Shown here: in pieces, positions 19,570 to 30,925 of the stretch
How the letters are laid out: the number at the start of each line of letters is the position of its first letter
Numbering within the stretch: position 1 is the first letter of the stretch
NCBI GenBank assembly: GCA_002840895.1
Contig: PHCZ01000002.1
Location: forward strand, 250,231-314,230
DNA length: 64,000 nt
Reading direction: 5' to 3'
Source of the DNA: Bacteroidetes bacterium HGW-Bacteroidetes-8
GTDB taxonomy: Bacteria; Bacteroidota; Bacteroidia; Bacteroidales; UBA932
Translations under genes and position numbers: made by a program
Notes under the pieces: generated by a model
Seen by the model: the letters and a program-made list of their open reading frames with translations, nothing else
What the model was told of the DNA's origin: nothing
Databases searched by the model: none

Positions 19570-19843
19570 TATAACGATTTCCCATACAAAACTGTGGCAC
19601 TATTGCCAATATTGTTTGTTGATATTGCCATTTTTAATAGGTTTCAAATATTTCAATCCCGGTTATGATGAATCCATTCTCATGAAATATTCTGGCATTT
19701 CTTCCATATCCAAATCCGGGAATGAGAATATTGTTTAAACCATATCTCTTAAATAACTCCACTGTCTGCATTGCAGAATCGGCAGGTTCCCAACCCCACA
19801 TTTCTTGCTTTTCCCTAAAATTAGTCTCCCAAAATTCTGCCAT
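19570..19843 (-). pseudogene. Truncated class I SAM-dependent methyltransferase
   Basis: MAEFWETNFREKQEMWGWEP...ILIPGFGYGRNA...ITGIEI, then stop at 19634 after 69 aa. Only motif I and the second strand remain. Confidence 0.8.
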
Positions 19844-19844
19844 A

Positions 19845-21029
19845 TTATCTATTAAATTTTTCTTTTGCACTTTTAAGTAACCTCTCCGCTTTTTCCCTGA
19901 AAGTTATCTCACTCTCAAACACGGTTCCCCCTCCGATGTCCTCACCCATACTCACCCATAAACCATCGTAATTATAAAAATACCACATCCCATATCCAAA
20001 AGAATCAAGATAGGTGTCATTCACAACTCCGGCAAGCTTATTTTTATAAATGAAAATCTTATCAACCGATATATTCAGAATTCTGTTACGGCCCTTTTCG
20101 CTTAACCCCTCCTTATCCAGTTGCGTTGCCTTTATCTCCGAGAAATAGGAATTCAGAGGTGTAGATCTATCACTTACATCTGTAAGTTTACCAAGTTTTT
20201 TATTGACAGAGACTGATATATAGCTCCCTTCAGGTATCGCATTTTTATTTACCAAAAATCTTGATTCAATTTTTATCGATTTTACCTCCCCTTTCTCCCT
20301 GCAAACAAAATATGAGTTGTTGATTTCGTTCTGACTTACAAAATCAACAGCTTTACCATTTTTGAAAAGTATACCCGCCAATTCATCAGTTGCATATCCG
20401 GCCTGCATTTTTTTGTCTTTGACCATTTTATGATACAAATCCGCCCGCATAATTTCAGAATAGTGAGGGCAATTGCTATAATCCAAAAAACCAAGTCCGT
20501 TAACAACACTCAAATTCACAGGCCTCGAATCACTTATCCCGTTTTTAAACCAACAAATTGAGCCCGCACTCCCACCAGCCAGAATAATCCCCCTCTTAAG
20601 AGCCTTTTTCAAAACTGTATCAACCCCTTGTGATTTCCATATGCCAATCATATTCAAAGTATTACCCCCACCAACTACAATTGCGTCGGAACTTAGCAAC
20701 ACCTCTTCAAACGATTGATTCTTTTCAGAAGAGCTCACCCATATTTTCATGATATGAGGCTCAATATTAAGCGCCTTGCAGATATTATTCCAATACTTGA
20801 TATTCTCTTCATTATCGGCACTGGCAGTAGGCAGATAGCAAATCCGCGGATTCTCCTTCCCGGTCAGATCTGCCACATATCCGACAAACTTTCTGTTAAT
20901 ATCCCCTCCCCAAATGAAAATCAATTCGTTAATTTCCTTAGGTTTTTGAGTTTGTTGTGCAGTAATATTTTCACAAGTGATTAGAACTAAAATAGCAATT
21001 AAAAAAAGGGTTTTTACAGACTGCTTCAT
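19845..21029 (-). CDS. Exported peptidase S51 (dipeptidase E / GATase1-like) with extra C-terminal domain
   Basis: YLPTASAD, VGGGNT, GGSAG (Ser), NCPHY (His); signal peptide; about 130-aa C-terminal extension. Confidence 0.85.
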   Translation of the reverse strand: MKQSVKTLFLIAILVLITCENITAQQTQKPKEINELIFIWGGDINRKFVGYVADLTGKENPRICYLPTASADNEENIKYWNNICKALNIEPHIMKIWVSSSEKNQSFEEVLLSSDAIVVGGGNTLNMIGIWKSQGVDTVLKKALKRGIILAGGSAGSICWFKNGISDSRPVNLSVVNGLGFLDYSNCPHYSEIMRADLYHKMVKDKKMQAGYATDELAGILFKNGKAVDFVSQNEINNSYFVCREKGEVKSIKIESRFLVNKNAIPEGSYISVSVNKKLGKLTDVSDRSTPLNSYFSEIKATQLDKEGLSEKGRNRILNISVDKIFIYKNKLAGVVNDTYLDSFGYGMWYFYNYDGLWVSMGEDIGGGTVFESEITFREKAERLLKSAKEKFNR

Positions 21030-21041
21030 TATTTGAAAATA

Positions 21042-21353
21042 TTAAGCATTATCATACGACTCAACAATCAACGGCAAAACCTGTGTAACTCTATGTCCGG
21101 CAGGGGGCAGACCAATAAGTACAGCATGAATCACTTCCTGTTTTGTAGCACCGGCACTTTTTGCAACTCCAACATGAAATGGAATCCCGTTTTCCATTCC
21201 AAGAGCAGCCAGTATCCCTAAGTAAATCAAAGCAGTGGTTTTACTGTCAAGCACATTTGCACTGGAAATTGCACTAACCATTTCTGACCACGCCTTTGCA
21301 TGATCGGGAGCCTCTTGATTAAAAGTCAAAAAGGCATTACTAATTTTACTCAT
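21042..21353 (-). CDS. Carboxymuconolactone decarboxylase (CMD/AhpD-like) family protein without CxxC
   Basis: LDSKTTALIYLGILAA...PFHVGVAKSAGATKQEVIHA. Confidence 0.85.
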   Translation of the reverse strand: MSKISNAFLTFNQEAPDHAKAWSEMVSAISSANVLDSKTTALIYLGILAALGMENGIPFHVGVAKSAGATKQEVIHAVLIGLPPAGHRVTQVLPLIVESYDNA

Positions 21354-21400
21354 CTCTCAATATATATAATTTTGATAAAGGTATTTTCCAGTGAACCTAC

Positions 21401-22492
21401 TCACTCCGACAGTGTAATTTTCACAAAACACTGAATTCCGCTTTCGCTATCTTTCAAAATGCTTTCAAGAATAACTGGATTCGAGCACTTTTTCTTTCCG
21501 GGATCAAACATCTCGATTAACTTGACTATTGATAAAGAGTTCGTTAGAATAATCCCCTTCCCATCCACGACATCTCTCAAAACAAATGGAGTTTTATATG
21601 TTTTTGCAGATGAGCTCTTTGGGTTAAATACAAGACAATAGTGTTCCTTTCTGAAGGTATAGAATAGCATATTTAACTCCTGCAATTCAAAATAACTCAG
21701 ATATCTGTATGTTTCATCAACTTTCGGATTTAAGGTTCCGTCAGTAACGATTGTAGTCTTTTTATCATAATTAAAAGCGTATGCCGGTCTTATCTTGTCA
21801 TTATTAATGTGATAAACAGTATCTCCAAAATATGAGAAGAAGTATCCTTTTTTGACGTTAACAAGAGTCCGGTATATTTGCCCCTCTACCCCGAAACCCG
21901 GTCCGGTAATTGGCTTTAAAGGCAGCTGAGCTGACTTGGTCTTAAAATCCTTATTTGTCAAGCGGATATAATAGTCTGACTCCGGATTATCCGATGGAAT
22001 AACTTTTTCAAATATGTAGGAATCGGGAGCCAGAAATGATATCCTGTTCGGGCTAAACCCCAAAGAAATCTCTTTAATAAATTCGCCTTTAAGATTATAA
22101 CTCTTTATTTTATCCCTGTCAACCACCGAAACAACTCTATCTGCAGAATCAAAGAAAAAATCGTTAATAAAATTGTACTCCTGCGGTCCTCTTCCCTTTT
22201 TTGAAATTGAGTTTATAAATTTTCCTTTCGAATTGAATATCACAATCTTATTCTGCGTACCATCCATAATTAAAATCAATGTATCGGAGAATATCTCTCT
22301 GCACGGATTCTTTACATAGGCCTCCAGACTGGCATCCAATGGCAGAATTTCATAGGATTTAATCAATCCAGATATATCTTCCGCCTCTGGAGTGTATTTT
22401 ACGTTTATACTTTTTACCCCATCAACATTCTGAGAAAAACAGGAAAGGGTAAAAAAAATGAAAAGAGTCAGAAGAGAGATAATTTTATTCAT
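21401..22492 (-). CDS. 6-bladed beta-propeller protein (Bacteroidetes DUF5128-like), exported
   Basis: FNSKGKFINSISKKGRGPQEY, YNLKGEFIKEI. Start set at ATG 22492 (MNKIISLL). Confidence 0.8.
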   Translation of the reverse strand: MNKIISLLTLFIFFTLSCFSQNVDGVKSINVKYTPEAEDISGLIKSYEILPLDASLEAYVKNPCREIFSDTLILIMDGTQNKIVIFNSKGKFINSISKKGRGPQEYNFINDFFFDSADRVVSVVDRDKIKSYNLKGEFIKEISLGFSPNRISFLAPDSYIFEKVIPSDNPESDYYIRLTNKDFKTKSAQLPLKPITGPGFGVEGQIYRTLVNVKKGYFFSYFGDTVYHINNDKIRPAYAFNYDKKTTIVTDGTLNPKVDETYRYLSYFELQELNMLFYTFRKEHYCLVFNPKSSSAKTYKTPFVLRDVVDGKGIILTNSLSIVKLIEMFDPGKKKCSNPVILESILKDSESGIQCFVKITLSE

Positions 22493-22523
22493 TTTCTGTG
22501 TATTTAGCTCATACATTTATAGT

Positions 22524-22802
22524 TCAGACACTTATAAGACCTTTCATTATATTTTCAAACCTGGTGTTACTTATGGGGTGGTGACTTATAACTTTCCCGT
22601 TATAAATTATGCAGAATGAACCAAATGCACACGGACCAGATTGAACTTCATTGTAATCCGCCAAATCTATCAACCTTGATTTGATCTTCATTTTTATTGC
22701 AGATTCTACAATTGCATTGACATTCTTCTCGCTTTAAGGACACTGAGCAGATCGCATAATAGTGAAATCTTATTTGCCAAATCCTTTGATAATATCCTTA
22801 TT
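22524..22802 (-). pseudogene. 3' relic of a YoaP-domain (GNAT-associated) gene
   Basis: Not in the ORF track. Frame reads ...GK*DFTIMRSAQCP*SEKNVNAIVESAIKMKIKSRLIDL...GPCAFGSFCIIYNGKVISHHPISNTRFENIM; in-frame TAA at 22736-22734; no 5' part present. Confidence 0.7.
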
Positions 22803-22836
22803 ATCCGGTATGCATAAAGTTTATTAATTAAAATAA

Positions 22837-22866
22837 TGAGAGGTCTATTTAATATATGACCTCTCA
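22837..22866 (-). terminator. Intrinsic terminator of the 22880-23332 gene
   Basis: TGAGAGGTC-N12-GACCTCTCA followed by a T-rich tract on the minus strand. Confidence 0.65.
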
Positions 22867-22879
22867 CTATTTAGAGAGA

Positions 22880-23332
22880 TCATAAATCTGCAATAACCTT
22901 ATTTACATCATTCACAAATTCTACTACTTTTGATTTTTCAAGTATGGATATTTCATAACCGACACTTTGCCCAGCATTGTTAGTAATTACAAATGTTGCA
23001 GTATAGCAATTAAGTATGTTAACTGCACCTAAAATCAGAAGGATAATACCAAATGACGAAATAAGAGCAAAACCAGCTATAACTAAAATTAGTCCAACTA
23101 GCAGCCTTAGGAAAGAAAATTTCGTTGAACTTATAACTGAAGCAATTGTTTTGATGGGTTGTGCAATTTCTGCATTCCCCAGAGGTATAAGACCAAAAAG
23201 TGTATTAGGCGTGTGCCCTGTTACTCTTTTGTTGGTAAGAACATAGTTTGCTTTTAACCAAAAAAGAATAAGATTTGCAGTAAATGTTGCCTCTTTGATT
23301 ATTTGCTCATCTTTACCTAAAATTGTACTCAT
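22880..23332 (-). CDS. Hypothetical membrane protein, bacterial PH-like domain with inserted TM hairpin
   Basis: YVLTNKRV...LFGLIPLG...IKTIASV pattern around two TM helices; family not confirmed. Confidence 0.6.
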   Translation of the reverse strand: MSTILGKDEQIIKEATFTANLILFWLKANYVLTNKRVTGHTPNTLFGLIPLGNAEIAQPIKTIASVISSTKFSFLRLLVGLILVIAGFALISSFGIILLILGAVNILNCYTATFVITNNAGQSVGYEISILEKSKVVEFVNDVNKVIADL

Positions 23333-23798
23333 AATAATCTCTTTAAAATTTTCCTACTCGTATGGCTTTTCGGATTTCGCCACGTTTTTTAGAGTGGTTT
23401 CTTGACTCCACTTCTTCTGCTTTTTTTGTCACATTGGGTGGTCGGCCCGTTGGCTTTCGCAGACCATATTTTTTCTTTAACTGGCTTAAAAATGTATTTT
23501 AAGATATCATCTATATGGAACTTGAAACACCTTTGGGGTGAAATATATTTCTTATTTAATTGTTTTATAAGTAGAAATCATCAGTAGGGGTTAATATATT
23601 GAGGCCTATTTATTGATGAAAATTTGGGAAACAATCGCTCTAGTGCATTTTTCCTGACAACTCTAAAATATGCCTCAAATTAACACCCACTCATACGAAA
23701 ATTGAGTTGTCTAACTGAAATGTGTGTAAAGCTCCGTAAATTTATGATTTTTATATCTTTCTTCAAAATAATTGTAATAAAATAAGGGGAAAAAAATT

Positions 23799-23836
23799 TT
23801 TTATGACAAAAGTTGTTTAATGCTATTGTCATAAAA
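23799..23836. repeat. 11-bp perfect (15-bp imperfect) inverted repeat in a long intergenic region
   Basis: TTTTATGACAA-N16-TTGTCATAAAA. Confidence 0.6.
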
Positions 23837-24022
23837 GGATTGCGGAACGCCAATGGTGGTGGAGGTTTCAGGGGATATTGAGGGGACCGGTTTAATCACC
23901 AACCGATCTGATTTCTTGATTCTGCAAACAATATGGATATTCAATCGGTTTATCTTACCCAATGTAGATTTATTATTTATTAGAGAGTCTTCTTATCAAG
24001 ATATTTGTCTAAAGTACTTTAG

Positions 24023-25096
24023 TTAAAACCATTTCATTTTCTTTAAGTATAGCACCATACCGGTAAAAATGAGAATTATGAGTAACCATAATGCTGCATA
24101 TCCGTATCTCCATTCAATTTCCGGCATATTATGAAAATTCATACCATAGATACCGGTAAGAAAAGTTAGCGGAATAAAAATGGTGGATACAATTGTTAAG
24201 GTTTTCATTACCTGATTCATTCTATACCCTTGCAAAGAGAAGTAAAGGTTAGTACTACTCTCTAAAGATGACTCTAAAATATCACAACTATCAATCAGGG
24301 TTAAACATAAATCTTTGATCTCTAAAAAATACTTTAAGTTTTTCTTCTCAATATAGTTACTCTCCTGTCGTTCTACTATTAACGAAAACTCTTTTAACGG
24401 GAGAATAGATTTTTTTATAAAATGAACAGATTTTTTGTGACTCTCAATCATCTCCAAAGTGCTAGGTAACAACTCTTTTTTTGTGTCTGTAAGATTCAGA
24501 CTCTCCATATCGCTATCTAAGTGGTTTAGGGTTTTAAAGTAGTTGTCAAGAATTGATTCCAGCATACCATAGAGTAGATAGTCCGGTTTACTCTCCCTTA
24601 TTACACCCTTGTCCTCTCTCAGTCTAAACCTGAGGTGTTCAAAAAAATCCGCCTTTCTCTCCTGAAATGAGATTAAGAAATTTTTGCCGAAAATAAAGCT
24701 TATCTGCTCTGTTATCAACTCATTATTTGATGGAACAATTGACTTTAGAGTTAAGAATGAATAATCTTCAAATTCCTGAAATTTTGGCCTTTGATTAATA
24801 TCAAGGATGTCCTGAATTGCTAAATTGTGAATACCGTGCTTGCTACATATAGATGAAATTGTATCGGGGTCATTCAAGCCATAGACATTTAGCCAATAGT
24901 TGTATTTATTACTTTGAAACTTCTCAATACTGTCAGGTGAAACGTTTTGTGTCTCAATACACTCCTCCTTATTGTACTTAAATAGTTGAATATCCAATTT
25001 TTCTTCAGGGGCATTACCGGTAAAAATGAATTTTCCGGGGTCAGTTTTTTTTCTATTAAGAGGTGGAATCCTTCTTAATGTTTTCAATGTTTCCAT
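24023..25096 (-). CDS. corA: Magnesium/cobalt transporter CorA
   Basis: QRPK, MNQVMKTLTIVSTIFIPLTFLTGIYGMNF..MPE signature; TATATTTG -7 box at 25158-25165. Confidence 0.95.
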   Translation of the reverse strand: METLKTLRRIPPLNRKKTDPGKFIFTGNAPEEKLDIQLFKYNKEECIETQNVSPDSIEKFQSNKYNYWLNVYGLNDPDTISSICSKHGIHNLAIQDILDINQRPKFQEFEDYSFLTLKSIVPSNNELITEQISFIFGKNFLISFQERKADFFEHLRFRLREDKGVIRESKPDYLLYGMLESILDNYFKTLNHLDSDMESLNLTDTKKELLPSTLEMIESHKKSVHFIKKSILPLKEFSLIVERQESNYIEKKNLKYFLEIKDLCLTLIDSCDILESSLESSTNLYFSLQGYRMNQVMKTLTIVSTIFIPLTFLTGIYGMNFHNMPEIEWRYGYAALWLLIILIFTGMVLYLKKMKWF

Positions 25097-25188
25097 TTCA
25101 CATCAGTTAATTGCACTAAAGCTCAGCTAAATTAGCAAATATCTTTGACACAGGGAACAAATATATAATATTCTTATTGTCAATCTTT

Positions 25189-26625
25189 TCAATTAATTTT
25201 TTTAATCCATTGAATGATATCATAAACAACCTCTTCGGAGATGGTCTCCTCAATTTCTCCGTACTCATCAATATCTCCGGTGGTACATCTTTGCAGGAGG
25301 TGGTTATGGTTCTTATATAGCTTTGTAGTAAATCTTGTGTTGCCGGCATAAGTTAGTGTCTGCTTAATAATGTCAAGATTATGAGGTAGTACCTGAATAT
25401 CTTTATCTCCAATAAGGGCAAATACCGGACATTTAACATCTTTTAGTATTTCAGAAGGGTTATGAAAAAGATCGTAACGCATAAATGGCATTAAAAGACC
25501 TCCATAGTCAGATATCTTAAGTGGAGAGGAGAGTCCTAGCTTCTCCCTATCGCTTTTATCAAGTGCAGATACTCTTGTATCAAAAGATGCCAGATTCACT
25601 TTGATATGCTCTTTGGCTATACTGTCATTTGCAGAGTTTTTGAATATCTCCATTGCGTTCTCCAGTATCTCCCGGTTAAGTGCAATCCCCTCTTTAGAGG
25701 CCCCTTTTGATGTAAATATAGCATCACACTGCTCAAAGATCACATCCTGTAGTGAGATTGCAGCTCCTGCCATCAACACAATAAAAGCAGTACTACTGTT
25801 AATTGTTGCGGCAATAGGGGCAATCTCTGCACCCAGGCTGTGACCTAGCAGCCCGATTCTTGAAGAGTCAACATCTGCTCTGCTTTTAAGATAATCAATC
25901 GCAAAAGAGGCATCTGCAGCGTGGTCTCTAACAGTGGCTTTTCTAAAGCTTCCCTGTGACTCTCCTGCTCCTCTGTCGTCGTAACGCAATACGGCAAAAC
26001 CGTTACTAGTAAAGTAATCTGCAAGTACCAGAAATACTTTATGGCCGAAGATTGTCTGGTTTCTATCAGATGGACCTGAGCCCGAAATCAGAATAATTGC
26101 GGGGGCATTATCTGCACCAAACGGCTTTGTAAATGTTCCTCTGAGGGATATACCCTCCTTTGTATTTGTAAAACTGACATTTTCTGAATGGTATGGATAT
26201 GGTTTTCTAGGTTCCTGAGGTCTTTTGGCAATTTTGAATGGAAATTCGTCGCATCTGTTGAGATTTAAAACCTTCCCTCTGCCACCCGGATTCCCGAAAG
26301 TTCCTGTGAGGACTGTTTTTTGATTTGAAGCAGAATCTGTAGCAAGACGGCCTTTAAATATAACTGAGAGCATTTTTACCTCAATTAATATCGAATCTTT
26401 ATTTGTTATAACTCTGTCTACAGTTATGTTATAACTTTTCTGATCTACACTGTGCATTACAGCATCATATTCACCGTTAGCCAATGATGATATTTCAAAT
26501 GCTATCGTAAGTTTAATTTGCGGATTAACTTTAAGATCTCCGTACCATTTTCCGATAAAAGTCTCTTTTGCCACCATAGAGGTGGAGATTAGAGTGATTA
26601 GTAGTGTAAAAAGTAATTTTTTCAT
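25189..26625 (-). CDS. Exported alpha/beta-hydrolase (S9/S15-like) with N-terminal accessory domain
   Basis: Signal peptide; LISGSGPSDRN, LRYDDRG.GES.G, GHSLG, GDKDIQV, NHLLQ. Confidence 0.88.
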   Translation of the reverse strand: MKKLLFTLLITLISTSMVAKETFIGKWYGDLKVNPQIKLTIAFEISSLANGEYDAVMHSVDQKSYNITVDRVITNKDSILIEVKMLSVIFKGRLATDSASNQKTVLTGTFGNPGGRGKVLNLNRCDEFPFKIAKRPQEPRKPYPYHSENVSFTNTKEGISLRGTFTKPFGADNAPAIILISGSGPSDRNQTIFGHKVFLVLADYFTSNGFAVLRYDDRGAGESQGSFRKATVRDHAADASFAIDYLKSRADVDSSRIGLLGHSLGAEIAPIAATINSSTAFIVLMAGAAISLQDVIFEQCDAIFTSKGASKEGIALNREILENAMEIFKNSANDSIAKEHIKVNLASFDTRVSALDKSDREKLGLSSPLKISDYGGLLMPFMRYDLFHNPSEILKDVKCPVFALIGDKDIQVLPHNLDIIKQTLTYAGNTRFTTKLYKNHNHLLQRCTTGDIDEYGEIEETISEEVVYDIIQWIKKIN

Positions 26626-26895
26626 TTGTGTTAGTGTTAGCTTGTATTTGATTTAACTGCCACGAAAGTAGAGGCACCTCAACCTTTGCGCAAATCTTTA
26701 TGACCAACACCTTAACAACTATTCAAAGGCGAATATTTCTGTGACGAAGGTCGTTTGTCCATAAAATGTGGTACTTTAGATATAATTATTATGATTTTGT
26801 CAATCTCCCATTTTTTAAGAGATTAATAGATATAAATTTGAATTGTGAATTGAAGAAATAAGAGAATACAATTTAAATGTAAATGATATATTGAT

Positions 26896-27942
26896 ATGAT
26901 AATAAGAGTTTTCAAACGCAAAGAGTATATAATCCATTCAATAATCTGGATTGGGGGTTTTACTATCGTTGCCGGCTTTGTTCAAACAATTGGGAATGTC
27001 AAGAGGGAGATGGGAGACTTTATCTATCCGGTAGCTTTGGGAACAATCTTTAATGTTTTACTTTTTTATATTGTATCTATTAAATTGATAGGCCTGTACA
27101 GTTTAAAGAGATCTGGTTATCTCTTCTTAGGGCAAGTTGTCGTAACCCTTTTAGGATTAACGATTATTGAGACAGTTTTGGACTACTCCCTTTTTCCTGC
27201 ATACTACTCCACAGAGATTGAATCTCTTTATAGTCAGTTTTTAGTTACTCTTGTATTCAACCTCTTTGTTCTGGCAATTGCTCTGGGTTACGGATTCATT
27301 AAAATGTGGCTGAAATCTGAGAGACAAAAACAGGAGCTCAAATCACAAAAACTATCTGCAGAGCTCGATTTTTTGAAAGCACAGGTAAATCCACACGTTT
27401 TATTCAATATGCTCAATATGGCTTTCTCCAGTGCTACCACATATGGAGATGAGAGAACTGCAGATATTATCGAAAAGACATCATCACAACTCCGCTATGT
27501 GCTGTATGACAGCAACACAGACAAGGTCTCTATCCGGAAAGAGATAGATCATATTGAGGGTTTTGTAGCTCTTCAAAAGATGCGCATATCTGCAGATATG
27601 CCGGTTAAGATCTCGCTTAATGTAAGTACAGACAACGAAAACTATCAAATTTCACCACTTCTTTTAATCCCCTTTATTGAGAACGCCTTTAAATACGGAA
27701 TCTCGTTTAACAGGCCAACTGAGATTAATATTGAACTAAAATGCAGAGAGAACACCCTGCAACTTCTTGTAAGAAACCCTATTATAACAGATTTTACCTC
27801 TCAAAGTAGAGATGGATTTTCGGGTATCGGGTTGGAGAATGTACGAAAGCGCCTCTCTATTCTATACCCATCGAATCATATCCTCAAGATCTCGAATGAT
27901 GGTGAGATATTTATTGTTAACTTGACAATCAATCTTAAATAG
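26896..27942 (+). CDS. LytS-type sensor histidine kinase (His_kinase family)
   Basis: Four TMs; ELDFLKAQVNPHVLFNMLN, PFIENAFKYG, GIGLENVRKRL; TAAATTTG box at 26833-26840. Confidence 0.92.
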   Translation: MIIRVFKRKEYIIHSIIWIGGFTIVAGFVQTIGNVKREMGDFIYPVALGTIFNVLLFYIVSIKLIGLYSLKRSGYLFLGQVVVTLLGLTIIETVLDYSLFPAYYSTEIESLYSQFLVTLVFNLFVLAIALGYGFIKMWLKSERQKQELKSQKLSAELDFLKAQVNPHVLFNMLNMAFSSATTYGDERTADIIEKTSSQLRYVLYDSNTDKVSIRKEIDHIEGFVALQKMRISADMPVKISLNVSTDNENYQISPLLLIPFIENAFKYGISFNRPTEINIELKCRENTLQLLVRNPIITDFTSQSRDGFSGIGLENVRKRLSILYPSNHILKISNDGEIFIVNLTINLK

Positions 27943-27948
27943 CATATT

Positions 27949-28632
27949 ATGAAGTGTATTATTGTAGATGATGAGCCATTTGCCATAGAGCTGCTAAGAT
28001 CCTATGTCGAGAAAACCGAATCTCTGGAGTTGGTAGATACATTCTCCAACCCCGTTAAAGCTCACTCTTTTCTTATGAAAAATAGTGTCGATCTAATTTT
28101 TCTTGACATAAATATGCCGGAATTAACAGGTATCCAGTTAATTAAATCGCTCAATCACTGCCCTGCCATAATCTTCACAACTGCATATTCCGAGTATGGT
28201 GTGGAGAGTTATGAGTACAACGCAACTGACTATCTGCTAAAACCAATAAGGTACGATCGTTTTTTAAAAGCGGTTTATAAAGCGTCTGAGATAGTCACGA
28301 CATCAAAAACTGTATCACCTTCCACCGGAGAGAGTGTTGTCAACATAAAGAGTGGCAGCAAAGTTCACAGGGTTGAGATCTCTTCGATTCTATATGTAGA
28401 GGCCTGTGGGAACTATATGATATTTCACACAGCGAAAGAGAAGATCTTATCTCTGATAACTATGAAAGAGGCTATTGATATATTGCCTAAAGAGCAGTTT
28501 GTTCGTATTCACAAATCATATATCATCTCAATTTCTGCAATAGAGACAGTAGAGAGAACACAGGTAACCGTGAAAGGGGTAAAGATACCTGTTGGGTCAA
28601 TATACAGGGAGCAACTTCTTGCCCGTCTTTAG
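27949..28632 (+). CDS. LytTR-family response regulator
   Basis: IVDDEP, FLDINMP, FTTAY, YLLKP; C-terminal FVRIHKSYII. Confidence 0.93.
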   Translation: MKCIIVDDEPFAIELLRSYVEKTESLELVDTFSNPVKAHSFLMKNSVDLIFLDINMPELTGIQLIKSLNHCPAIIFTTAYSEYGVESYEYNATDYLLKPIRYDRFLKAVYKASEIVTTSKTVSPSTGESVVNIKSGSKVHRVEISSILYVEACGNYMIFHTAKEKILSLITMKEAIDILPKEQFVRIHKSYIISISAIETVERTQVTVKGVKIPVGSIYREQLLARL

Positions 28633-28640
28633 CATTAACA

Positions 28641-30839
<2,199 letters not shown>

Positions 30840-30925
30840 TTATTTCTTTTCAAACCCTTGATACAAACATTAAGGGCAACATATCTGGAATATTTGAAAA
30901 ATTGAGAGTAATTATACTCTGCAGA

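Noticed and set aside
9760-23332. Integron cassette array
   Set aside because: No integrase in the window, no repeated attC-like palindromes in the spacers (only an isolated CTAACAGCAC near 18090), and some genes have their own promoters.
23345-23470. c-di-GMP-I or other riboswitch in the GC-rich leader
   Set aside because: GAAA-loop-like hairpins are present, but I could not match the conserved GEMM core; kept only as part of the unexplained region.
23402-23587. 61-aa plus-strand ORF in the long intergenic region
   Set aside because: Non-ATG start, no motif, and orientation opposite to all neighbours.
25097-25188. Mg-sensing M-box riboswitch upstream of corA
   Set aside because: The spacer is only 92 bp with a promoter box inside it, too short for the element.
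26700-26748. LytTR boxes TTGGTCA / TTCGTCA (minus strand), 41 bp apart
   Set aside because: Only two 7-mers with a mismatch and no intermediate copy at about 21 bp; not distinguishable from chance.
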